Source of the DNA: Convolutriloba macropyga
Lineage: Eukaryota
DNA: 64,000 bases
Direction of reading: 5' to 3'
Assembly (NCBI RefSeq): GCF_964194025.1
Contig: NC_134476.1
Location: 20,026,001-20,090,000, forward strand
The notes beneath the pieces were generated by a model. It was not told where the DNA came from. It worked only from the letters and a program-made list of their open reading frames with translations, and did no database searches. Shown one piece after another: positions 23,964 through 36,630 of this stretch. The position numbers and the translations under genes were made by a program. Position 1 is the stretch's first letter; each line of letters starts with the position of its first letter.

Positions 23964-24929
23964 ACTAAATTCTAAAAAACAAATATACAACACGATAACG
24001 ATGATGATGCGATGATGATATGATGACAGTTAATAGTTTAAGTTCTAGTTTGTGTAGTATTAGTTTTTATACTCCTCAGCTCTCATTATCCTTAACCACT
24101 CCTCCCTTGTGCGGTCTTCTTCATGCTGACCAACACACGCATTTCCATATTTAATAATTTTATTCTCCGCTTTAATTCCCTGTCTGCTAACTTCCTCTCC
24201 CAACTCGTCCCCAACACCTTCATAATCTGTGCTCCTCTTCTAACACCCTTATTCATGTTAATTTTTCATTGGCAGTTTACTGGATAGCAATATAACAAAT
24301 CAGATTATGGTGGGTTTTGGTGTCAAGTAAACAAACTCAGCAAATTTGCGTTATTGTTGGTTCATCAACAACTCCGTCGGCCTTCGTGTTTATGGTCATC
24401 CTAATATGGTTAGTTCAATTTTACACGTAGGCATTTTGAATTCAGCATGATCTTTTGATTGGTATTCTGGGCCGCGGAAGTGTTATCTTTTGAGCCTTGA
24501 CTTTTCATAGGTGAAGGAAATGTCTTTTGATAATGTCTCTTCAAACGCCTTTTTTTGCAAACATTTACATAAAGAATCTGCTTCTTGCACACAAAAGCAG
24601 CAAAGTAGCAAGACTAAAAACCCTTGCCTCAACCCAATCCCATTTAGTACGCAGTTGGAACCCAAAAAGTTCTATGATTCTTGACATGAAGCAGTTATCG
24701 CAGCTGGACTAAATTGACAAATTCGCTTGAATGAGACTAGGTAAATTAAGTCTAGTGGTCTTCTCATCGTTAGCTATGATGAGAAGCAAGGTTCTTCGGT
24801 TATTTTTCCTTCAATGTTATGAACTAACAATCTATTAAAAACAAGGCAGATTTTGATGGATTAGTTGTTCTTGTAACTCGCAAAAGTTGATGAAGCATTC
24901 ATACTGACTGCGTTATAAGCAATATTGAG

Positions 24930-25072
24930 CCTAAATTTTAAACGAAGAAATGCAGATTCGTGATACGAAATTTGGTTGTTAATTGAAAATAGTTTTTTTC
25001 CCTAAATTTTAAACGAAGAAATGCAGATTCGTGATACGAAATTTGGTTGTTAATTGAAAATAGTTTTTTTTT
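24930..25072. repeat. 71-bp perfect tandem duplication
   Basis: CCTAAATTTTAAACGAAGAAATGCAGATTCG...AATAGTTTTTTT at 24930 and 25001. Confidence 0.92.
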
Positions 25073-25930
25073 CTTTCTACATATTGAGCTGGTTTTTCCA
25101 CTGTATGCTACAGATAAACAAATAAATTATTTACCAAATTTTGACGACCATGTTTTCTCGTGATAGTTGAAACAAATGGCATTTCATGATTTTCTGATTG
25201 ATTAAACGCTCAAATAGAAGGAAAGAAGGTTTGAACTCAGGCGGATAGAGAACTCTATTTTAGGATATAAACCGAATTTACGATTAGCTGGATTGAGTTG
25301 TTTTCGTTCTGAAATGTTTTTGAATGAAATCGCATTAACAATTCGTTTGATGGACTTTACTAAAACCTTTCTGCTTCTCAGAGCATTGAATATATTAAAT
25401 ATGAATATTTTAAAGCAGTAAAATAATTACCATATGAAATTTATAAGATAATTTAAGATTTATAATAAATTATTAATTTGATCGAAAAGTATTGGAAATT
25501 ACGTTCAATTGGAAAATTTTGCAAAGCTTTCAAAGTATGAAAAGTAATTTGGATATTAACGGTCTAAGTATTTGTCATTTGTCTTCCCATTGTATTTAAT
25601 CTCTTCGTATGTGATTGACCAAATATTCCTATAATACAACTGTTGAGGAGGTTGAAAAAATGACAGATGTTCTCATTGATATTTAATTTTGCAGCTTTCA
25701 ACCGCAAACGATTAACGGCAAAAAAATACATTTTTTTCCTTTGATTGTCAATTTGAAAAGCGTATGCTATCAAAGATACTTCTCTCAATAGAAGGTATTT
25801 TAATTCGAAATCTATTCAAAATTCAAACACAAGAAAACATTTGTCACTGAGAAACTTTCATTCTTACAAACGAATAAAAAAATAATATCGCACAAAGTAA
25901 GAACTAGTAAGTCAGTTATTTAATTATACA

Positions 25931-27765
25931 ATAATTGTTCCGACGCACTTGTAGGGGGAGAAACTATATACTCAGATGTTTTTTTGTTCAGTCAATTTTG
26001 GACGATAGATATATTCATCATAGAGAGTTGAGACTGGTAACATTAGAAAACCCGTCCAGCTTAGAATGTGGAAATAATTTTTATTTTACTTTCGGTTTTT
26101 TAAGCTAGTTATCGAGGTTCGAAGTTTTGTGAATAGCAGACGGAATTCCGATGCTTTTTTTGCATTTTCCGCATTTTTGATCAATTTTTGTCTATTTTGC
26201 TAAATTTTATCAATCGTTAGAAGCAAAGCTATTGTTTTTAAAACTAAGGATAGAAGAAGCTTGCCAAAAAGTTTCATTCTACTCTTTTGGTTGACATCTT
26301 TGCTAAATTTTCCAATTATGAGACTTTGTTTAATTAAAAAATGGCTCCAAATTCGCTTTTTGTTAATCCCACATTGACGAAATACGCCTGAAGTATAGAT
26401 CTAACATCAGCAGTCACGATCATTCAAAACTCCAAGAAGCTAGTTGCACTTTCACTTACAGAGGAGTTTTCTGGAGTCATAGTTTTGCCCATGTTCCGGA
26501 AAAAGATCTTAATAACTATAAAAATGCATCATTTATTTTTGGTTCAAAGAAATATTTTTTCTAATTGATCTAATATGCAAACAAATGAAATAGTTATTTC
26601 TTTATGTTGAACCCGCAGATCCTATTCACAGCTATATGATGCCAAAAAAAATTATATTACGTCTTCAGAAACATGTAATTTTGTAAGGCTTTGGTAATGT
26701 GTTTCTGTAATTTTTAATTATACTCTCTGTTCTGACTTCATTTGTCATTCTTTTTGCAAGCTCCTCATAGCCAAAGATCAAAATTGGTTCTATATGGGCT
26801 ATAGAAGAACTTATTCAAAGCTCTCAGTTGTTATCTGATGCCTAATTTTACTTTGAATTTATTTTTTTGGGAAAGTTTCCCTGAAAGTTGAATTTTGCCA
26901 TTTGTTTATCTTATATACGTCCACATGTAGCTAAGTCTCAAAATTTATGAAAAAATGGGTCTACGCATTTTCAAAGAGAGCAAAGTGTGATTAAAGTGTG
27001 ATATTTTTTCAATGCTGTTTTTTTGTTGCCACATTATCTCACTTAGCAATTGACCCGATTGTCATTAGAAAATTATGTATTTAAAGATTTCTTCGGTGTT
27101 CTTCTTGAGTAGATTATGATGTTAGCGGTTGCAACACCACTTTCCTGTCAAATTTAATTGTTCTTATTTAAGTATTTTAAAGTATTTTTTTTGTTTTTGC
27201 CGTCTTTTTTGTAGTCGCCTGTATAGTACGAATAATTACAGGTTTCAATCGTTTCCTATGAAATATAATTCATTTTTTTGATGAGCACAGTTGGCACGTA
27301 CTGGTTTTAATTGTATTTGGTTGTTTTCAAAAACAGAAGTGTATATTTCAACTTCGCCCTTTTGCGCACCCTCGTCAACCTGTTACCGAGTCTCAATTTA
27401 GACATGTATCATATTTTATCTGATGAATTCAAGGTTACTTTCTTCAGCTCCAACCACATTTGATTTCATTATCTTTTTGTATTTTTTTGAAATCTGGAGA
27501 TTGCTTTTGATTGTAGCTAATAACCGGATTTATTTCATTTTTATGTTTGCTTTGTCGCGTAATCCTATTAATCCCGTAGCAAGTCTCATCGGCCCTCTAG
27601 CACAGCATTTTTTCACTTAGATAATTTTTGAAAGATGTTCGAATGTTTCAAAGTTTTTGTTCTCCTCCCCATCTGGTGGACAATTTAATCAAAAACCTGG
27701 AGAGGCGGGGTCGGAACCATAGGTGCGAACGCACTTTGTCGAGATTGCTTTTTTCATGATCTATT
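25931..27765 (+). mobile_element. Helentron/Helitron2-like non-autonomous element A
   Basis: Left subTIR GTTCCGAC (25937) plus shared ~150-bp end AGGGGGAG.AACTATATACTC...; right subTIR GTCGGAAC (27710) followed by stem-loop GTGCG-AA-CGCAC. Confidence 0.65.
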
Positions 27766-29592
27766 CGAAAGTTGGCTTAAAACAACCGCTTTTTTCGTGA
27801 GTTTTCAAAAATTAAAACAAAAACTGAGACTAATAGTTTCATCAAAAATGATGGGGATAACTTATAAACTTAAAAAATTATTATTCAATAACGGTAAACA
27901 AGAGCTCACGAAATTTCCGTCTTTCGACGGAGCTCACAAAAACTTCTCAAATAATGATAGTCAACATTTTTTTAAAAAAACTCTTGCGCTCGAATAATCA
28001 GCGCAGTACATAAAAAGATTTTGTATCGTCAAACAACCAATTATAGCCATAAAACTTTTGCCGAACAATTAAAAAGAAAACACATAATTTACTACATTTT
28101 TGGTTTGAAGCTTCCACAAAGAACGAAATACGAATTAAGTTTTGTTGCTTTATAACTTCATAAACTGCCTTTATTGGTATTCTTGATGGATTTGAATTAA
28201 AGAGGAGCGACAAAAAGGCTGAATGTAAATTTGCTTGAGCTCTAAAAGTAACTACGACGAATCAAAGCAAATAATTTTCACATTGATAAACATTTAAAAC
28301 AAAAGTTTTAGCTTTGAACTCAAAAGAGAACAAAGTTTTCCCCTACACTGAGTTTTAAAAGTTCAACTGGACCTCAGTAATCATTTTTTTTTTCAAAAAA
28401 ATGTGTTTAATTGTTATTGTTTTAAAAAAATCAATTGAACGTGAAATTGACTAAAAAATTGTCAATCGTCTGGAAAAATCATTGTTTAGATAAAGTGGAC
28501 ATGATGATGCTGCCCAAAAAAAACAAAGAATAAAACAGATCTGATTTTCAGAAAGCAATAGAAAAAGCAAGCAACAACTATCATGAACATATTATCATCA
28601 ATTAAATGAACAGCAAGAGAAAAGAAAATGTTAAGTTCCTGATAGTGCCTCAACCTCTGGTTTTTCTCGCCAACTATTTCATTTTTCGCCAACCTTTAAA
28701 GACCATTAGCAGACGGACCGGACCTCTGATCAGACCATCACCTGACCGAAGTAACCTCTGATCATACTTTTCAGCGCTCGAACCAATTTCTAGTCCCTAA
28801 AATTTTTGCCTGGAATTACACTATGTGCGTTTAACTTAGATCTGGTCAAAGGTTATTTTTAATTGGGTCATCAGCCTGGGTACCCAGGTTGCTGTGGCCA
28901 GACTGAATTAAGCTCTGATGGAACAATCTTTGAGCGCACAAATGTTTTCGGTGCGCTCGGATTTCATGTTTTGGAAAAGACTTCAAACGCATTTTTTCCT
29001 GACAACTCGTGTGATTGTAGGTGAATTGTCTCTGAGACTGTCTGAACAGGGACAGTTTCACGCAGGCATTTTCCCCATTAGAAACCGAATCCAGCGCATA
29101 CTAGTCTGATTAGATGCCAAGTCGAGCAATTTTTTTTTTGTTTTTCAAGAATTTTGTTTCTGACAAAAGTTGTCTTAGCTAAGAGTCAACAATACAGCAG
29201 CTTTCTGATCAGAATCCCACGGAATGTCTGATGGTGTTGATCAGGGCATGAGGTTCAGCTGATAGAAACCCCCGTCCCCTCATGCAAAAATTTGTAAGCA
29301 CTGTAAATCAAGACGTTTTTATGCAGGGCTGTCTAATTTCATCTATTCAGTTACTCAGTAATTTTTTTAGCACTTAGATACATTTTTATAAGCAATACTT
29401 TTAGAATTGACTTTTCGTTATTTGAACGTATGTTTAAATAAACCATTTTTCTTGAGATGAATATATGATAGCGCTACTATGATAATCGTTCATGTTCAAA
29501 ATCATTCTCTGATCAGACTATTTTTAACGCACTTTAGTGTTGGGTTTGTTCTTTTTTAGGCGGGAAGTATATTTTCAAGGTAACTCCCAATT

Positions 29593-29899
29593 ATGATGAA
29601 CACAGCAATGTTATTAGCCGCAGTTTTTCACCTCACGGCATCAATGACATCATTGATGCACACTGACTACAATTTAGCCATCACTAACTCTGAAAATCTG
29701 GATCTGAAACTTCTGATTTGGGCTGAAAATCAACAAGTGTGTTACTCTCATTGCGTAGAGAGAGTAGGCGAGGAACCGAGAACAGTTGCCAGGTTTTCAA
29801 GAAATTTTCAAAAATGTGAATGTTTCCTGACTTTGTATGATTTCCTGATCCAGTTTGAAGACACTGATCCAATGACGTCAGAAGTGTTCATGTATTCAC
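29593..29899 (+). CDS. Secreted EGF/F-type-lectin-like gene, coding exon 1 (signal peptide plus PAN/apple-like Cys pattern)
   Basis: MMNTAMLLAAVFHLTAS...VCYSHC...KCEC; donor GTGAGT at 29900, phase 1. Confidence 0.75.
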
Positions 29900-30618
29900 G
29901 TGAGTTTGAGTTAACGTTTGTTACCTTTTAAAACCCGATCAATATAGTTGCGTGTTTCTGTAAACTGTGAGGCGGATTCTTGTCAATTGTTGTCAAACGC
30001 TGAAGACCTGTCAACACTAAAGTTTAGATTTGTGACCTGTCAAGTCTAAAAGGTGACATGGTCAGGCAGGGCTCTGATGCAAAACAGATCCAACATTTTC
30101 AACTTCACTAAATCAGTATCGATACTACAGACATAAAGGGATATAGTTATCGATAAACAAGCCTCAACTGGAAAGAGTTAAATTTATTATAAATTCCCAT
30201 ACATTTGATCGGAGCGTTGTCTAGATTTCCATTGAACCGAAGTAATTGATATTTGAGAGATTCCAGATTCAATTATCAAGTTCACGCCATCTATGATTCA
30301 AAAGATTTTTTAGTCTATTTTGGTATAATCGGACACAGAATCAGGTCACTTGTTAGATCTTAGCCTCTTAGCAGTGCTCCCTCCTATGCGACTTTAGATC
30401 TAGTCACTATCCTGAAAATTTTGAGATCTTTATCCACAATTTTTTTCTTCTGAGTCTTATGTCAGTCCGAAAAATTAGAGTTGCGTTTTACCCATCAACA
30501 AAGGAAACCTTCAAACTAAGATAGGTAAATTTTGTTTTTCATAAATCTGCTCGTTTATATTTTTAGCAAAAAATGATTATATACTGCATTGGAATTTAAT
30601 AGTTTCTATTTGTTTCAG

Positions 30619-30648
30619 ACTCTCTGCAAATTCAGGAAACAGTTGATA
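30619..30648 (+). CDS. Same gene, 30-nt micro-exon (HSLQIQETVD)
   Basis: TGTTTCAG acceptor, GTAAGT donor, phase 1-1, open. Confidence 0.65.
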
Positions 30649-31209
30649 GTAAGTATCTCAGTGTCATTCCTCACCTCGCAGCTGTATCAATACAGATCGA
30701 ATCAGAATCTGATACAAAATTTTTTCTTCTTCATATGAGTTGTTTCGGATACATTTCGCAATACCTGCAAGTTGCAAATAATCAAAATCCGAGAAACTTG
30801 TATTTTGACCTTAGAAGAACTGCAATTATTTAGGGCCTAATATGCCAATTGAATTCAACCAATTCAAATTTGTATCACCAAATCCCGAAGATATGTTTTT
30901 CTAATACACAGTCTAATGATCTATCGTAGCCTAAACCAAAAATACAAAGCCTTGATTATTATCAAAATCGTCGAAGCTTTTCCTAAACACATGCACGCAC
31001 GTGCATGTTTTGACATGCTGAAAGTCGGCCGTGTTAGTAGTTGAAGCGCCGAAGGTTATAATAACATATACACAAATTAACCTTTGTGTATTTTAAGTAA
31101 TGGTATTGTAGAAACAACTCATTTTCCCGAAACGCAGCGCTTTTTTGATGAACACCAGAAATTCTCAGTGACTACAAGCTGATTTACTTGACCTATTCTT
31201 ACTTTCCAG

Positions 31210-31332
31210 ATCTCTGTGAGACGGGAGAGCACAAATGTGACGAGCTAGCAGTGTGCTCTTTTGATGGCAGAGAGGCTAAGTGTCTCTGCTCTGACCCTTC
31301 AAGGTTGTTTGGTCATGGAAACCTCTGCACAA
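31210..31332 (+). CDS. Same gene, EGF-like exon
   Basis: LCETGEHKCDELAVCSFDGREAKCLCSDPSRLFGHGNLCT, six-Cys EGF spacing; TTTCCAG/GTACGA, phase 1-1. Confidence 0.85.
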
Positions 31333-31949
31333 GTACGAATGATTTAAAAATTAACATACCCTTCACCCTGTCATCACAGCTATTGGCCCCTAGTTGCAAA
31401 TGTATTTTACGCCATTGGTTGTTACTATTTGCGAATGAAATGGGTAGAGGACATTTGCATCAAAAGTGGATAGAACTGAGCAGAAAAAGGATCTATTTAT
31501 CACCCATAATTGATTTTATGACCACCAGTTACAAATTACTTATTGTTTTATAGCAGTTTACCATGTAAATAAAGAGCGCGTGCTGCGCCTTTGGGCGTCC
31601 TAAAAGCTATACGCCATCGAAGCGGGGGAGGGGGTACACCGGCACCGGCTTTGACAGATTGAAGGAGTCAGAACGTCGCAAATTTTAAAAACCGCAGACT
31701 GGACAACAAACTCAAGTTTTTGAGTAACATAGCTATAATTGATATTAAACGATGAGCGCATTTTCTTACAATTTGAATTGTTAGTTGTGTTAGAAATTTG
31801 TTCTATATTTCAAATTTTCGAGAATTATGTTTTGATACTCAGTTGATAGACATCAATACAGTGTTTTTGTAGCACTTAAGTTACTTGTTTGCAGTACAAA
31901 GGGAAGGTTACTTGTAAATCATCTTTCTTGTTTCTTTTCTCTATTTCAG

Positions 31950-32012
31950 GTTACAGGCCTCTGCGTGGATTGGACAGTTTGGACATTGCAATCACAAATG
32001 CCCAAATAATAA
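31950..32012 (+). CDS. Same gene, 63-nt exon (SYRPLRGLDSLDIAITNAQII)
   Basis: Strong polypyrimidine acceptor, GTAACT donor, phase 1-1. Confidence 0.65.
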
Positions 32013-32729
32013 GTAACTATAAGTTTTATTTGGAAAATTGAAATTTGTTTATGAGGCGAGGTGTTGAAGAAGCATTTTTGAAACCATTATTCATATACAT
32101 ACGTCATTCTTTTGCCTCGAAGTCTTGCATCAGACCACAAAATTGATAAATTTTTAACAGTTAGAAATTGAATGTGACATAGAGTATTTTGATCTCTTTC
32201 CCATAATCCTACAAAAGCGACACAATTTAATGACGTTTGGTGATTTTTGTTTTTATTTCAAAACAACAATGTCTTTCTTGGTAATTGCAAATAAACTGAA
32301 TGTCTAAATACCCATGAAATATTTTTCAAACTGATAAACTATCAAAGTATTTAAAAAACTTGGAACCGTTGAAAGCCATTGGACAGTTTGAAGGAGATGA
32401 AAACTTACTGGAGAACTGGCCTGCGGAATTTGTTTCTCATATCAAAGTGACAGAAAACCAATTTTTGCGCTTGATATAGATTACTGGAGCAATTGATCAC
32501 TCAATGTGCGTGATGACCCCAGTCTACTCCGAATGGTTATTTTGAAAGATCTTGCAGGAGACTTGCAATCGTTAATTTGGAAGAAACTTGCAAAGAAGAT
32601 GCATTGTCTAGCAAAAAATTCTTCAAAAATTGTTTAAGACCAGGCAACATAACAAGAAGACTTATCTTTCAAGATTGTTCAGGATAACCAACTAATGTGT
32701 TCAAATTTGAAAACCCAAAGTATTCGACA

Positions 32730-35700
32730 TTAAAATGGAGACAACTGCACTAGCAAAATGGAATAAGGAAAATTTGATACAAGAAATTTTGAAACTAAGA
32801 GAAAATAAAAGAACATCACTTAGTACTAGTTTGCAGCAATGTGAAATAGATGAGCTCAGGAAAGATGTAGAATTATATAAAGAAAGATTGCGTTAATTTA
32901 ACTGTACCATTGATTCGTATTCAACAGGAACAAAGTCAGAAAGCCTTGGGCATAACACCAATGGGCATAACACCTTGGGCATAACACTATTGATCAGGGT
33001 ACTGATGGAAAAAAGCAGCAGAGCAAGTTGGTGATCTGGCTGGCAAATGTATAACAAAATTCAAGCCACATAATGTTGCCATTTGCGTAATACCGAATAT
33101 AAAGAATGGTCTGTATGATAGAGATGTGAATAACAAAGAAATTAATGAATACAACAAAGAAGTCAATAAAATAGCCGATCAACTTAATGTAGAATTTGAG
33201 TCGTATAAAGTAGAAGTCCTGAATTACGACTTGGAAAACACAGATATAAGGCATGATGGTGTTCACCCTAATTTACATCAAAAGAATAAAATGGTTGCGA
33301 CTCTGAGAAATCACTCTGAAACGGAGTGTTTAAAATTGTTGAACAAACGAGGTCTCTTTGGGACAAATTCCACCAAAGCGCAAAAATCTTTTTATACTCA
33401 TGAGAGACGGATGAAATAATTTCAACAATCCTTTTGAATTCTGATACATTTGGATGACTTCTTCGAAATTATTAAAAAATGTTTTATTCGAGATGTAGGT
33501 GGATTTTTATCTTGGTTTTAATTTTGATTAAGTTTTCTTTTTTTTTCTAGAAAAGATTGAGTTTCTCAAAAGTCACTCAAATTTATGCAAATTTAAAACA
33601 CCTAAGTGCCTTCATATCAATCAGATCAAAACTTTTTTTCTGTTTTTCGGAATATCTAACAGGAAATATCTAATTATTATCATCGTTGTTATTCTACAAA
33701 ATTGTGGTGACATTGAAAGAAACTCAGGTCCATTAAATTTCAATAATATAACAACAATTGAAATGTACAATGGTGGGTGTCCGAGAAAATGGGAGATTCC
33801 CAGGATTTGGTATAGGAATTGCAGAAGCCTCAATAATAAACATAAGCAAATGTCTCATTTTTTGAAGAATCTTGATGAAACTTCATTCCTAGTTGTTACC
33901 GAAATACGGATAAATGAAAAATCTTTCCTTCCCGAGTTTTATCTGTGCAATAGTCATTACTTGGCTAACCAAGATCGTCATTAATTATTGTACAGAGAGG
34001 CGGAGGGGTAAGTATTTTGGCTCCCAAACAGTTTACAGTAAAAATGAGAAATGATTTGAACGCAATCAATAGAAGTTTTTTTGAGTCAATGTGGATTGAA
34101 ATTGCTAAGCCTTTAACACAAAAGCTTTGTATTAATGTAGCATATTGCCCCACTGTAAATCTTTCTAACTTTTTCTGGACGAAATGACTGTAGAAATCTC
34201 AAATGTGTGTTCGTATACAGATAATCTAATTTTATTCGTAGATTACAAAATAAACTTGTTAGGCGGAAAAGGTAAACAGTCACTTGATATTTTCACAGCA
34301 AACAATGGACTATGTCACGTTAATGAAACGGAGGCAATTTGGACGAAAGGTGAAAAATATTCGGTAATTGATCACTGTTTTATCTCGAAGAACCAAATTT
34401 TTGAAGCCAATGGTCTAGAGTCGACTTTTGGTGTTGATCACTTCACAATAGTATATCAGTCATCATTAAAGATAGATCACAGTGATAAGAAAAGACGTTT
34501 TTTGATACGTAATACAAATAAGAAATATTCAAGAATAAATTTCAATAGTGACACTGCGCTGCAAGATTGGTCGTCTATGTACAAGATAAATGAGGTTAAC
34601 GAATTGTTTCTGAAATTTATCGACATTTTTGAAAACATACTCAGATGTCATGCACTCTTGAAGTTGGAAGAAGGTAGTACCAAAAAACCACAGAAGCAAT
34701 GGTTCACAAAAGAATTACGTGGTCTCATAAATGAAGAACAAACCATTACACAATTCAGTGAATAGAAAGCTAAAAAAGCTACAGATGATTATACAATGAG
34801 TTTTTTCCAGCAGCTATCAACATCAAAAGAACAATGGAAACTCATCAAAAACAGGATCAACTCCAACAATCAAATAGAAAAAGTTTACAAATTAAGGGAA
34901 GCTAGTCATTTTGTTGAGGATGACAGAAAGTTTGCCGATATTCTTAATAACTGTTTTGCGAGGCTCGGATTATACAAAGGTTGAGAGGTTTCTCCGAATC
35001 ATTCTACCCTAGCATTTGAGGGACCGGAATTTAGCTTCCGACCAGTCATCAGAAAATAAACTATAAAAATCAACTATACAAATCATATAACGTTTTTGAT
35101 AATCTACCTAAGCATAAATCGCCCCGACCGGCTATTTACCATCATGGGTGCTAAAAGATAGTAAACTGTCTACTGGAACTCCTGTTAATAAAAACACGTT
35201 TCCTAATTTTTTGAAAACAGCTCAAGTTGCACCTGGTTTTAAGAAAAGAGACCGACTAAAACCACAAAACTATCAACCCATATCAGTCACACCAACTCTG
35301 ACAAAAATAATTTTTAGCGATTAGTACTTGAAAAACTAACTCACCAGCTAACACTTAATGGTCTGAGTAACAATAATTAATTCGGATTTCAAATGCGAAA
35401 GTCCTGCCTTGATACTATAATTTCATTAACCGAACAAATAAACCAATGCATTGATGAAAACGAAATTGTTGTCACATTATTTTAGGCTTCGCAAAGGCTT
35501 TCAACTCAATATCTATAGATGTTTTTATGAACAAATAAAAAGGTATGGAATTGGAGAGAATGCAAGAATCTTATTATACTCCTTCCGTTGTGATAGAAAA
35601 CAGTGTGTAAAAAATGGGATAGCAAAATCAGATTGGGTTGTCAGAAATCACGGTGTTCCTCAGGGAACTGTCTTAGGGCCTTTAATTTTTATACCTTATC

Positions 35701-36630
35701 TCAACGACTTCAAAGAAGCTGCATCAACGAATTGTGGTATATTAAGGTTTGCCGATGACAAAGCAATTCTATTTCATGCAAAGACTGAAGCAAATTTGCA
35801 GCTAGTATGTGAAGGTACATTGAACAAGACAGATCAAAATTTAAAAAAAAACAGGTTAATCTTGAATGAGGAAAAAACGGAGTTAATGGTTTTCTGGAAT
35901 GAAAAATTGCCCATCACTGAAACTGTCGATTTCAAGGGACACCTATTGGAATCATCTCAAAAATGTAGATATTTAGTGTAATAATTGATAGGGAACTGAC
36001 AAACCAAAACCAATTAAATCAGGTTATCAGTAAAATGGCTACAGCAATCAGATCATTATATTTGGTTCGTTATCAGGTACCGTTGAAAAAAAAAGTATAA
36101 ATCTTTTGAAATCACTAGTTTTGTCTCATTTAGATTTTAGTGCGTTTTTTTTCAAAATTTACCATTTTACTCTATTGACAAAATTAACAAACAGATAAAC
36201 TTGGGCATAAAAATGGGCTTTATGAAAACCAAATTTGATACTGCCAGAGGTCTACTTCTGGAGACTAAAAATTTTCCAGCTCAGCTCTAAATAACACGGG
36301 TGTAATTAAACAGAGTTTTAAATATTCTCCAACAAACAAAAATCGCTCTAATAATCATTTCAGATTTTTAGACAACGTGCCAATTATTGCAAACAAACGA
36401 ACCATAACCTTTTCTTAGAACAAAAATGTAAGTAAAAATGGAATAATGGTTCAATTGTTGGTAACTTTATTCAAAAATGGAACACACTTCCCACTACACT
36501 TAGAAAAGAATCGTCGAAGACCAAACTTAAACAAAAAGTTACAGCGGAAATGCTTAAACGACACGAAAGAGTTCCAATTGACAGTAGGGTTGCAGGATTC
36601 AAACATATTTTTTCTTATACTATTTTAAGA
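32730..36630 (+). mobile_element. CR1/L2-group LINE, near full length and decayed
   Basis: ORF1 remnant with coiled coil and SGNH-type DGVHP; ORF2 with 2A-like GDIERNSGP, APE motifs (YRNCRSL, VVTE, RGGGV, IDHCF, DHF) and RT motifs (NYQPISVTP, GVPQGTVLGPLIF, FADD, LNEEKTELM); many stops and frameshifts. Confidence 0.92.

Noticed and set aside
25950-28347. TGTAGGGG..AAACT / AGTTTTCCCCTACA as TIRs
   Set aside because: Needs two indels and is not reproduced in the other three family copies; the subTIR plus hairpin model fits better.
28700-29290. CTGATCAG-rich segment as a MITE
   Set aside because: Repeated motif is visible but TIRs and TSD could not be defined.
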